A model generated the notes under the pieces. The model was not told where the DNA came from. It saw only the letters and a program-made list of their open reading frames with translations, and made no database searches. Source: Novakomyces olei (taxonomy: Eukaryota). From it: a DNA stretch of 64,000 nt. The stretch covers positions 186,001-250,000 of the forward strand of contig JADEYG010000009.1 of NCBI GenBank assembly GCA_016906335.1, given 5' to 3'. Below, piece by piece: positions 47,623-59,545 of the stretch. Both the position numbers and the translations under genes were made by a program. How positions within the stretch are numbered: position 1 is the first letter of the stretch; every line of letters begins with the position of its first letter.

Positions 47623-50617
47623 CTAGGTGCGTTGGTTCCACTGAATCCCCTCGAACCCCTTTGCAAGATCCACACCTTGCAAGTCAGTCACGTCCGTAGA
47701 CTGCTCCCATCGATTACTGCTGCCCGCTCTCGAATCACCACCAGAGTTGGACCCATCTTCACCCTTTGCAGGCAAATTATTAGACCCGTTTGCCAAGTCA
47801 GCAGCGCCAACACCGTTTGTCTGGGAAGTGATACTCCCGTTCGAGTGCTGGGAGACTAGCGGCGGTCTCACGGGGCTAGAAAAATAATTGCTCCCGCCAT
47901 TATTCGTCGTATTATTGGTATTATTCACGCTGTAATCCTTGAGAGGTGTAAAGTTTCCGTACCGCCAAAAAGGCGCTGGACTCGAGAGAGGGTAAAGCTG
48001 TGAGGACCGTACAGGACTTGCGCTTGAATTAATATACGATGAGTTCATTCCATTCAAACTGGAAAAACTATTTTTCCGATCGGGAGTCTGATCAAAAGCC
48101 GCCAATGGAATTGTAGAGTTTCCCGTTGACCCTAACCCTGGAGCTCCTGAAGGCGGAGAGCCCTGGAGGACCATTCGATGCTGAGAGCTTGGGGCAAGAT
48201 TCTGTTGAGATACGGACGGATGACGGGCAGACAGAGCCGAGGGAGGAGGCAGTATAGCGTAGTCTGACCCTGCGGGCTGGCCTCCTCCTGGTTCGCCGTA
48301 ATAATACTTGGCTCCAGTGCCACGAGCACTCGTCGGGAAGGGCAGAGTAGGCTCCAAGAAATCTGAGGCATTTGCCGTTCCACTAGCGGGCTTTGCTGTG
48401 CCTACATCGTCATTCGCAGCATTAGTATTGCCTGCTGAATAATTGTTAGTATAATTATTACTGTTATTGTTAGAGTGATAATAGTTTGACCCGGTATTGA
48501 GGCTTGTTGTGTCGCGTGAGCGTGTGTGCGTCGGAGTATGGAGACCTCCATTCTCAGAAACTGCAGCCGCCGCCCGCCGTTTGCTCGACGAGGGAGTCCC
48601 CGGCGAAGCTGATCGAGGGCTCTGAATATTATTTTTGTTATTGTTATCAATATTAGTATTGTCGTTATTATTATTGTTGGCGTTGCTGCTGCTGTAATTG
48701 TGACTAACGTCCTCCCTGATCGTTCCTCTGGCCAATCGGGCACGTGAAGTATAGTCCTCCAAGTAATCGGCGCCAATCTGCCATTTCATGCCTTTGCCAG
48801 GCTCGTCGTTTTCCCGCTTGACTTTCTCAAAGGCCTTGTTTAAGGAAAGATTGTGCCGAATCGAGTTTTGCCAGCCTGATCTTGCGTGGCGGTAGTACGC
48901 GTAGTGATCAGCTACCCACTTGTAAATGTTGGAAAGCGTCATTTTTTGATCGGGGGCACTCAAGATTGCTTGGGCAATCATGGTTGCATACGAAAAGGGA
49001 GGCTTAACCTCCTTGTTTTCGTCCCGCGCCAATTGCTCAAAGGTATAATGGATCACGGTGAAATCGCTATTGTATAAGGAATCGCTATTGTTCCTCAGCG
49101 GCGATGATTGAACCGGGACTGTGGGAGAAATTTGGCTCCGTGCGGGTGTGGGGCCAACTGTAACTGGATTATGAGACGGCGAGTAGCCCGGCTCTACCGG
49201 GCCCTGTTCATCCGGTAGGACAAATATCATTTGTACGCCACCAATCTCGATTACAGATCTAGAGCGTTAGCCGATTCGAGTTTCGTTTTGGTGATTGTAT
49301 GAGCTTAAAAGAGCTTGATACTTGTTTTCTTTGTTCAGGCAATTGGCTTGGTTTGATTTAATTTCATTCCATTTTTCTATTTTTTTGTTTTGAGGTTTTT
49401 TTTTTAATTTTTCTTTTTCTACAGAATATAAAAAAAAGACAAAACGTAAAGCAAAATCAACTTACGTGCTGCGCAGTATAATACGTAACCCGTCCTTGTA
49501 AGTTTTCCCATCTACTTTAACTCCATTCCGCCCAATCACGGTACACGTCCATTGCCGTTCTTGAAGATCATATTCAATTACAGCGTGTCTTCGACTGACA
49601 ATCTTGGCCGGACCAAGATCAATATCAACGTTTTCTTCTGCAATAGCGGCTCCACCAGACCCAGCGCCCTGATCCGGTTCGCGTCCTATAAGAACATGAA
49701 GCTTTTTCACATAATACGTCCAATTGTATCCGGCCAGTTTGGCATAAGCCTGTACTCCGCCACCTATATGAGACGCTACCACATCCGAGCTCTCGTTTGC
49801 GTAAGCGCGTGCTACAGTCACTGCGCGCTGCGGGATTGCGAGAGAAGCAATACGTGAGTTCACATCGGGAGAGGCCGCCTAGTTGTTAGGGTCAAGAACA
49901 GATTAGAATTAAAAATAATATTAATAATGATAACATTAATAATAACAGAATTGAATTGAACAGACTAGACGGAAAATAACTGTTCAGTGTGGTACAGATC
50001 AGTACAGGTACACAAAGCAAATGAGCGGGACAGACGCAGTTTGTGGTATAACAGATGGCAAATGAGGCTCGACGGTTCCGTAGATCTATCTTTGCCCGCA
50101 AGACACGCAATTGACATAGAAAACCCACGCGGTAATGGTTGCGCGTGAACAGTCCCGATCAAATGCGTGCAAAAGGCTAAAGCTATTGAAAGCCTCATAG
50201 ATCCGTGGTGAACAAGCGCCGCCGACCAATAGTCGGTTGAAGCTCAACAAAGTTTGCAAACTTTAACGTCTTTATGGCTCCTCTCAATAAATAGATAATG
50301 TTTAATAATCAGAGCCAATAACCAGCAAGACTGGACCAAACACGGTCTCGCGCATTTCCAGCAACTGAGCCTGTACCACGCGCAAATACGTAATATTTTG
50401 ATCCATTAAAACTGCGATCCGCAACCTTCCTCCTCGCGATGGTAGCTCCCTGTTTACTGCACAAATAAAGCAGCAGAAAAAAAATATGACGAAAATTCAC
50501 AATAAGAAAACTTTATAATAGTCACCGCTGGTGCAAATAGTATACCTTGCGTTTACGGCCGCGATGGGCGGAAGGCGAGACTGCGGCGCCTTCAATAACA
50601 GCATCCATCCGCGGCAT
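47623..50617 (-). CDS. FKH2: Forkhead + FHA transcription factor, Fkh1/Fkh2 type (exons 50617-50546, 49878-49466, 49258-47623)
   Basis: FHA region VQAYAKLAGYNWTYYVK, IGR, DIDLGPAKIVSRRHA, GRNGVKVD, SVIEIGGVQMIFVLP; forkhead KPPFSYATMIAQAIL...WQNSIRHNLSLNKAFEKV...GKGMKW. The first exon (MPRMDAVIEGAAVSPSAHRGRKRK) is inferred and less certain than the rest. Confidence 0.88.
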
Positions 50618-50653
50618 CGTACGTGATCCAAAGACGAGAAATGCTGCGATTTT

Positions 50654-50827
50654 TGTTTATGTAAAGATGTTTAACGCAGAGACATGGCGTAAAAACGAGC
50701 AGTGGCAATATTAACGGGTAAATAAAGCGCCGTAAGTAATGTTTACATGTAAATTTTGGTATATAACAGCGTATATTAATTTGTTTATTTATTTACTCTA
50801 TTGTCTTTCAATACGCGCATTGTTTAC
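50654..50827. promoter_or_regulatory. Cluster of six forkhead-consensus (RYAAAYA) sites in the promoter of the forkhead gene
   Basis: TGTTTAT 50654, GTAAATA 50718, TGTTTAC 50740, TGTTTAT 50782, TATTTAC 50790, TGTTTAC 50821. Confidence 0.6.
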
Positions 50828-51719
50828 ACCGCATCAGTCTTTATATTCTGGATGTGCTTTTAATAAATTGGCAACAGAATAGAAATTGAATAGAAATTAG
50901 TGGACATGAATTAGTATAGTATAAAATGTCATAGAGAAATAATAATTATAAAAGTAATAATTATAATTACAATAATTATAAGAATAATTATAAGAATAAT
51001 TATAAACCTAATAATTAGAATAATACCTAAAATAAAAATTATATAAATAATAAACAGGATAACAAATAAAATAATAGAATTGACTAGGCAATAAAAGATG
51101 GAGCAACGTCCAATCAATCTTGACGAATAAATAGCAAAATACACATACCGTGATGGCCGAGCATTTTATTCTGAATGCGATGGGAGAGTGTAGTAGAAAC
51201 ATCGGCATTTATTGGAGCGTCACACACTCTTCTTGCACATCATGAATGTATTATTTTAGGAAAATGTGGTATACTTAGACGACGAATAGTCTTGAATGTT
51301 GCTTACAAATTGTGATGCAAATCGCACGGGTTTTCCTTTAAATGCAGCCTCTTCAATGCGGAATATTTGAATTATCTCTTCATTGTATCATTTTGTTCGT
51401 GTTAATTACGCCGTCCGCGTATGTGAATCACGGTTTAATTTATATATAATTCTTGTCTTCCAAGCAATGTCCGTTAGAACTGTGTGCATTCAATTTTTAT
51501 ATATGAACGCCAAAGCACTTGATCTGCCACCGTATATTCCTACGGTAATTCAACGACAGGATAACGATATTGCGTAATGGTGTTCCAATGATTTTAATAT
51601 AATTATTAATTTATGCTGCCAGATTAGTGTACAGATTGTACGTAAAATAATTATTAATCCGAGCATCTCCGGTTCACTGAAACCGAGGAGACGATAAACT
51701 CTGGACGTTGCCAAGATTA

Positions 51720-54700
51720 ATGAATGACGCGTTGAAGGTTGCAAACGAGCGTCAAGCAGTCGCCTTGAGCGGGCAAATGCCCAGTCCGCTCGCTGATCGT
51801 TCAACGACAGCACATAAGATGGCGGCAATGAATGAGTACAAAATTTCCTTGGAGCAACAGGTCGGGCACGGCGAGAAAAGGCAGCGTGTTTTACGCGCCT
51901 GCGATGAATGCAGACGGTAATTTGATTTTACCGGTTCATTTTTGTTTGCGAAACTATATATTCTGACTTTGAGTCTAGCAAAAAGATCAAGTGTGATGGA
52001 CAAGCGCCATGTCGGCACTGCCACGTTTACGAGTACAGTATGTGAAAGGGAAAAAAACAAAGAAAGAAGGAAGGATAAAGGAAGAAAAGGGACAATAAAG
52101 ACGAGAGACACAGGAACGATACGAGGAATCGAGAACTAAAATCAGAATAAGAAAAATTAAAAAATAAAAGAAAGAAAACACGCTGTAAATAAGAATCCAG
52201 CAATACTAACGGCAGAATGTGAATACAAGCAAGGATATACTCGGCAACGGCAATCAAAGCAATCAAAGCAATCAAGCAGTCCTGAATCTGCGTCTCGCAG
52301 TTCTGGAACTTCTACTGAGGTTGAGGAACTAACGAACCGAGTTCGGCAGCTGGAAGAGATACTACGAAGTATCGGTGGAAGTGGCAAGGATTCCTTAGAG
52401 GCCACTGATCTTTCAACTCTTGCTCCTAGTGAAGGACTTCCAACGCCTGTCGAACCTTCGGCAATGACACCTGCGGTTGGAAGCATACCGTCCCCAGCCG
52501 CGTCGTGCTCTGGTGGGATGTTTAGGGGTACCTCTTCGATTGCTTTACTCTTGAACGATATTAGGCCCCGACTGCCTGATCCCCAGTCAAATATATTAAA
52601 TACTGAGAAGCGTCAACAGCCTTCGTTATCATCCTTCTCACCGAGCTCATTCTCTTCTTCGTCTTCCTCTGCTATTCATGGCAGCGATGGCAATAGGAGG
52701 CATTTACTCAATGAAAAGGAATACGATTGTATGAGCGATGGGCACGGGGTTACATTACTCGCCGGGTTGCGCAAATCCGATTTACCCAGTTACGAAGAAG
52801 CTAGAGCACTCTGTGAAGTAATGTTTGAAAGAGTCGGAACTGTCCGACTCTTTGTACGTCGAGACGTATTGCGTCAAAGGCTGCTTAGCCTTTACGAAGG
52901 ATTTGATCGTAATCCACATCAAGCTAAAGCCGATGTGGACACGGATTTTTTACCGCTTCTTTTGTGCTGTTTAAGCCTTGGTTGCCTGAGTTTATATCTC
53001 TCGATTGACGAGCAGGGCCCGGAAGTTCAGCGTGCAGAATTTTACAAGCAGCAGTACACGTCTTATTACCAGTTGGCCCGTAGCACGCTCGATTTGTCGC
53101 TTGTATCAAACTTGGATCAGGTGGAGGCGTTAGGCCTGCTGGCAATTTACGCAAGAATGACAAATAGCTTTCATCAATGCTGGACCTTCACCGGGATTGC
53201 GTTACGTGCTGCCGAGCGGATGGGAATGCATAGAAAATTGCCCTCTGAAGAGCTCCCACTTGAAGTTGCTGAGAGAAGGAAACGTATATTTTGGACACTC
53301 TACATGACAGACGTCTCTTTGTGTTCGTTTATCGGACTCCCGCTCTGTATCAGCGATGCCGATATAGATCAAGAATTCCCTGTGAACGATCCGACAGACT
53401 GTTTGTACTCTATTGATCCCTGTGGGATGCCGAGAGGCGAATGCCTGGTAGGTGAGGTCATTACCCTCGTGGCTAGTCTGCAGATTATTCATTCCAGAAT
53501 ACTGCGACGCTTTTACAAGATTAAACCCAGCGTGATTGATCATATTTTCAATCAGCGTGATGTAGAGCTTTTTGAAAAGCAATTGGCTCAGTGGTATGCT
53601 TCGCTTCCGGCTCATTTGAAAGTAGAGAATGATGCAGATTTGAGAAATGCTTCAGCAGCAGCAATCTTATTTCGAATCATGTACAAGCAAATGCTTCTCA
53701 TGCTGTATCGGCCCTCTATGCTTCATTTCGATGAACAGAGTAAGGATTGTGAACAGGAAAATGCCACAGATTCCTCGAAGTCACATAATGCTCAGCCTTT
53801 TCTTGCATATTGCCTTCGTGAATGTCTACGTGCAGCCTCATCAATGATGAAACTAGCGTCTGCTTGCATGCCAATGATTAATAATGGCAGTGATTTGGGG
53901 GTAACGATATTTACTAATTTCTCTCAGTTAATCTTACTAAATTTAGACTTTACTCTATGCAAATTCAACAGGAGTTTTTGTGTGTATTTACGGAGCACTC
54001 GTGAGCAAACCAAGCGCGGTACAGCGAAAAAGCTTGATAGATGCGATTGTTCTCGGCCGAAACGCTATTGAGCAATTGACATTGCGTACAGATGTTCAGG
54101 ATAAAATGAAAGTCTTGCTGAGCGTACGTTACAACTATAAATATAAGAGATTAATTTTTGTGAACGTTTGATCAACTTTATTCATTTGTTTATCGTTCCA
54201 TTTGTGGTCTAGTCATACTCTTTTTTTTTAGTTTCTACATTCAGCTTTTCTCACTTTGATCTTTGCTAACCAATCCAGGATTTAGACGTTATTATCAAGC
54301 TGTTACGAGAAGAATCCGGTTCTATTGGGCCCAGCACTGTATGCAAAACCCGTCACGGTCCCGGTGCCTCAAACAACGGAACCGTGAATGAAGTCCAAAA
54401 TGCTAATCCGCAATCTGTACAGACTGCGGATTTTAGTGAATGTGGTGAACAAGATTGTTTCAAGGCTAAAGAAAGCGTTTGGCCGTCGAGCGCAGACCCG
54501 CTGACTTCACCGTCTCATTATTGTCCTTCAATACTGAACTCGAGCGAAAACGGGGGGAGTGGTGTCGATTTCAAACTGGAAGCAAACTATGGACAGCTCA
54601 ATCAATCTCACAGTCTCAAACTCTCTGATCAAAGCAGCGAGAATTTGTTTAAGCCTTTGGGTTACGGAGCTTCTGACACGGCTCAGCAACAAGGTGAGCA

Positions 54701-55016
54701 GCCGTCTCCTATTGATCAGCCTTCGAAAGGGTTTGATTGGACTTCTCTTGTAGACGATGAACATTGGGACGAATTCGCGCCGGACTTTATGCTTTTACAG
54801 CAGAGGTACCAGACAGCTGGTGTGCCCGTCACACAAGGCTCCTCTTCTCACAATTTGTTGTACGTTGCAGACGCGTTTCTTGGAGCAAATGCGCCCATGC
54901 TGGCTTCTGATCGGGCTTATGTGCCGAACGGAGCGAGTAACATATGGTACGGTAATGTATTGGGAACGGATACGAATTATGGTAATAACTCTAATTCCTT
55001 TGAGCCGTTTGGTTAG
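51720..55016 (+). CDS. Zn2Cys6 transcription factor with fungal TF middle-homology domain, Asg1-like zinc cluster (exons 51720-51916, 51979-52037, 52216-53900, 53947-54123, 54279-55016)
   Basis: Spliced zinc cluster RQRVLRACDECRRKKIKCDGQAPCRHCHVYEYKCEY; middle domain CWTFTGIALRAAERMGMHR...ERRKRIFWTLY...GLPLCISDADIDQEFP. Four frame-preserving GT..AG introns. Confidence 0.9.
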
Positions 55017-56578
55017 AATTCGATGGTTTGCAGAGGGTTTGCAGTATGATGAATTTGTTAATACTTGATTTATTTGTTTTGTACATGTTCATTCAGAATT
55101 TTATCCGTTTCCGAGGATGCGTTTATTTTTTTATTTTTTTTCATTCTTTTTATTTGTTTATTTTTTGTATATAATTTTTTTCATCAAGGTTTAGGAATTT
55201 GTTCACAAGTTTATTTAAATTTATTGCCATATATTTTATCTCTTGTTTTCATAATTTAATTCCTATGGGTTATGCTTGTGAATTTGCAAATGCAAAGGCA
55301 AAAGATATTAGACTAGATGATGGGTTATGGAATTGTTGGGTGTGGATGAGAAGAAGAGCAGCAGTATTTGTGTAAATTGCATATCATATTCTTATAATAT
55401 TTTGTACTGCCTAAACTTGGATATGTAGGAGCCATACATAATGTTTGCTATCCATTTCAGTCTCTTACTAGCCGGCTTTACCAGTTTAATAGTTGGTTTA
55501 TATTTTCGAGTAGACGCTTGAAGATTACGAGGACCCGATGCAGATAACTTTTGTACCGGCTTTTATACGTTTCGATTATACATCATCACAATAGTCCGGC
55601 AGATAAGCTACTTTGGAATAAGAGCGAGTATCGTTAACGCCCTATCAACAGAGTCGTAATATTACTTACGAGACAAGTCGCGTCTAATTACTTGTAAGAC
55701 TTTATTCCCTATCACGTGACCTGTAAGACTATGGTATCGAGATCTGCAGAAATCCATTTTGGGCTATAATTGGTACCAAAGTGTGGGGTAAACGCTACGC
55801 CGAACCACTTTTATCGGAACTATATACATTAATGGCGAATGGGTTCAAGGATCCTTTCCTCCGAATTCGGATTTGGTTTGCTGCATAATTTTTAATTTTC
55901 TTGCGAGCCATCGAGCCAAAAAGATCCATTGCCTCTTTGATTCGTGCGATCTTAAACAAGTGATTGGTTTGCACGTCAAGTCCACGCAACTCGTTTACTG
56001 CGTCGCACAAGATGAAAGAAAATCGAATATCCGGTATTAATCTCCCAAACAAGACTAGACTAGTCTTGATTTACTGGTCACAATTATCTGTCTTTTCTTT
56101 ACGTAAGTTTTACAGAATTTCTTGCCATTTGTAGTCATTCGTCTATTCCTTCCTTCCCCACACCTTCTTCCCCACACGGCATATAACCTGATTTTATGGC
56201 TCGTCATTAAACGTCAATTCCCCCGTGAAATCGCCACTATTCCGGGCACATGTGAACAGAACGTTTATAAAATGCATCACTTTATTGCTCTCCACTTTAC
56301 TTTCTTCCCCTCCTCCCTTCTTCCTTCGATTACAAGTTATTTTGGAAATAATTTAAAAGGTCGATGTAGACTTTCTGATAGTTTGACAGAACGCGGGAAG
56401 AAGGAAAAGCGGTGTATTTAATCCTCTTAATAAGCGCGTTTGTCTTGTCGTTGTCACGACGGTCTTTTGTTCATCTATTATCTTTGATTGCCGGTTTGCC
56501 ATCGATTCGGCTTTACTGCCCATCAATTTAGTCCATCTCACTATCAATTGTTCCTGAAAAAGCAAACCTTCTACAAAA

Positions 56579-57394
56579 ATGTCAGAACCAGAACATTTCG
56601 ATCATGATGGCGATCCTTCGCTGCGGCTCAAAGAGTCCTTGCCGCCAACTGGCGAGCATTTGGAGCGCCAGCAGACGGCAGTTTCAACTCTTTCCCCCGA
56701 GATGTTTGAAAAGCTGTACCTGCAGCCCCGTCTGGCCCGGATGGGAGCACCCAATTTACGGAAAATGATGGGAAACCCTACCGTTGTCGGTCTTGCAGGG
56801 TTTGTATTAGCCCTAACATCACTGTCAATGGTTCTTATGCAGTTCCAAGGTGTCACGTCTGCTTTTGCTCAGAGTGGAACCCTGTTTTTCTGTGGAGGCA
56901 TTCTCCTTCTTTTGTGTGGAACCTTTGAGTTGATTATTGGCAACACTTTCCCCGCGGTTGTATTTAGCAGTTTTGGAGCGTTTTATCTGTCGGCTGGCTA
57001 CTTGTATTCACCACAAACTGGAGTCAGTGCACTCGCTAACGATCCTGATTTTTCACGTGGATTTGGTCTCTACACCGTATCGTGGGCACTTCTCTGCCTT
57101 CTTTTCATGGTCGCCGCTCTCAAGACCAATGCAGTCTTTGTGTTTATTTTCTTTTGCCTGCTAATGACCTTTTGCCTCCTGTCTAGTGCACTGTTCCGTA
57201 CTCCCACTGACCCGGCTCTTGCTTTGAAATTGCAAAAGGGTGCTGGCGGGTTCGCGTTTGCGTGTGCTCTCGCCGGCTGGTACATGCTGACTGCACTTTT
57301 GCTCGCTGATCTCGAGTTTCCATTTGCGATTCCCGTGTTCGACTTGAGCCATTTCTTCCCGGAACGCAAAAAGCAAGCTCAAGTTCCTGTTTGA
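56579..57394 (+). CDS. GPR1/FUN34/YaaH (acetate uptake/ATO) family membrane protein, AlcS-like subfamily
   Basis: LSPEMFEKLYLQP...LRKMMGNPTVVGLAGF, FELIIGNTFPAVVFSSFGAFYL, AALKTN, PVFDLS; six TMs. Confidence 0.9.
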   Translation: MSEPEHFDHDGDPSLRLKESLPPTGEHLERQQTAVSTLSPEMFEKLYLQPRLARMGAPNLRKMMGNPTVVGLAGFVLALTSLSMVLMQFQGVTSAFAQSGTLFFCGGILLLLCGTFELIIGNTFPAVVFSSFGAFYLSAGYLYSPQTGVSALANDPDFSRGFGLYTVSWALLCLLFMVAALKTNAVFVFIFFCLLMTFCLLSSALFRTPTDPALALKLQKGAGGFAFACALAGWYMLTALLLADLEFPFAIPVFDLSHFFPERKKQAQVPV

Positions 57395-57921
57395 TTGCAA
57401 AGTTTTGAGAGGGTTTACCTTCGATTGCTGTTTTTTCTGTCAAAGAGTACCTGATTACGTGTTGTGGCAAGGGATTATGTAATACAAAAGGCAATTCTGG
57501 GCGGCAACGCTGAATGGTCGAGGGTTGGGTGACTGACTGCCATCGACGGTGCTTGCGGGTGGCAATTATTAATATGAATATTCAATTAGTCAAACATATG
57601 AAATAATGACGATATAGTTTAACAATCCGAAACGTGTATGGGAATAGAATAAAAAGTGTAGCGTTTGCGATTTTTGCGAGTGCAATAGACTTGCCTCAGT
57701 TGAGTGATTTCGTGTATGGCGCTATGCTTTACGTTTCTGCAAAAAGGCAAGTTAAATGCCGATCTAGAGGTTACGTGTGCCTGAATTCGTAGTGCCAGAG
57801 TAGAGCACGGCATGGAGCGCACGGCTTGCGCAAACATGCCCGCTTTACCAGTTAAATAAATATTTACAAATAGCCTAGTTCCTGGCTGGTTTGCCAAAAT
57901 CTAGTCCAGCCTAAGCGTGGT

Positions 57922-58206
57922 CTACCGCCCAGACTCCTCCTTGGCTGACGTATCGCCACCATTCACCATTTCCGTAAGGGCGTCAATGTTGGCCTCTAAA
58001 GCCACAAGCTTCCCCTCCAAATCGTCTATCGCACTCTGGCCACTAAGTATACGGGTGTAAGGGCACACACTTACGTTTGCGATATCCAAGTCGCGCATAA
58101 GTTTGGCTGAGTCTAACGGTGCTCCGTCCCCAGCTTTACTGAGCCTGTCCAGCTGCTCCAGCTTGGCGTAGACGGTGTCCAACCCAGTATCGCCATTCTG
58201 TGCCAT
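57922..58206 (-). CDS. Small coiled-coil protein of unknown function (exons 58206-58075, 58035-57922; 39-nt intron)
   Basis: MAQNGDTGLDTVYAKLEQLDRLSKAGDGAPLDSAKLMRDLDIAN|SAIDDLEGKLVALEANIDALTEMVNGG...; consensus GTAAGT donor and CAG acceptor; the heptad pattern becomes continuous after splicing. Confidence 0.6.
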   Translation of the reverse strand: MAQNGDTGLDTVYAKLEQLDRLSKAGDGAPLDSAKLMRDLDIANVSVCPYTRILSGQSAIDDLEGKLVALEANIDALTEMVNGGDTSAKEESGR

Positions 58207-58236
58207 GGCAGTCGGGTGATCCACTGTCCTTGTTTC

Positions 58237-58297
58237 GTACTTTTGTGGTACTTTTGTGGTACTTCTGTGGTACTTCTGTGGTACTTCTGTGGTACTT
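58237..58297. repeat. 11-bp tandem repeat x5.5 (GTACTTYTGTG) in a divergent promoter
   Basis: Units at 58237, 58248, 58259, 58270, 58281 and a partial unit at 58292. Confidence 0.9.
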
Positions 58298-58506
58298 ATA
58301 ACTGGTACATTATTTCATTATTGCTCTCATCAATAACGTTACATATGTACGTACACGAGCAGTTACACGTACGTCCGTACATAGACCAGTTACACTTTCG
58401 TACTTACATTCGTACTAAACATCCGTAGGTTCAGTCTATACAAATTACAGTGTAATTTCAAGATTGTGCAAAACTACACTGCAATTGCTTGCTCGACGAG
58501 GTCGCG

Positions 58507-59117
58507 ATGCTGCTGTCGCCGCTCAACATTTTACGCTTCTATGTGTCCCTATTGTTTGCAGTTTCTTACTTTCTCGTCTTTGACTCGGACAAAATTCTGC
58601 GACAGGGTTTAATTATGGTTTTCACGGACGCAATGGCTCTGGTAAGGACACTGCTTTCCTATTCAAATCCTCTTTGCACACATAAATCAAACGCACAGGT
58701 GGCATTGTTGGCTCATTTCGTGATTAGTATGAAATGCCGCGTACGGAGCGTAAAGCTTCGCTGGCGCTGGCAGGAATGACGATCGGCGCCTTGGCTCTAA
58801 CATACGCCGTACCGCTTATGCAGAATGATATAGCCTTTTTCAGAACTTTAGGTACGTGACTTTACGCTATCCCGCAAATTAACGCATAGCGCCGTTCCGA
58901 TGTGCTTTTGATTTTGCTGTTGTGGCATACATCTACCTGTGCAATATTCCTCACATTGCCAATGGAGTGGCCTTCACTTTTGCTTTCATTGACCTAATTT
59001 TCATGATGTGGTAAGACTAAGAATCACTGACGCGCGTGAGCTAACGCTAAAAGGCTATACCTCACTTTTAGCGAAGAGCGCATTGCACAGAAACGCGCAC
59101 CTGCCACGCGAGAGTAA
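58507..59117 (+). CDS. ILM1: Ilm1-family (increased loss of mitochondrial DNA) membrane protein (exons 58507-58641, 58728-58851, 58890-59010, 59054-59117)
   Basis: Spliced: MLLSPLNILRFYVSLLFAVSYFLVFDSDKILRQGLIMVFTDAMAL|YEMPR...FFRTLAPFRCAFDFAVVAYIYL...NGVAFTFAFIDLIFMMWLYLTFSEER. The APxR, N-x-V-x-FTF and W-x-Y-x-T-x-x-EER pattern matches Ilm1 as I recall it. Confidence 0.78.
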
Positions 59118-59545
59118 GAGTGGGTGCTGATTGACGCTCATTAGCGCTTCACTCGCGTACATATATATAGTATAAAAGTTGTGTATGTCTCGACGCGTGG
59201 AATAAACTAGACTTGTATACTAAAATATGTCTAATGGATACGTTGTGTCAAACAGCGATGCCAAGTTTGTCGCGATGCCAATTTTGTCTTAGTACTTTAG
59301 AATCTTGGCTTTGGTGGGTGCAACTTTGGTCCAATACTTTAAATTACAGTACCTTAGAATATAGTACTTAATGTATATTCAACCTAAGTCGCCCTGGCTT
59401 TAGCGTACATAAATTTTTTGTGTGTATAACAATATGTATAAAAATATTATTGTGCACGACGATAATCATAATCATACTCGCGTTGTTTTATGTGCTATCA
59501 ATAAAAAAAAAGGGCTATCAATAAAAAAAATTATTGCCCAATGCG

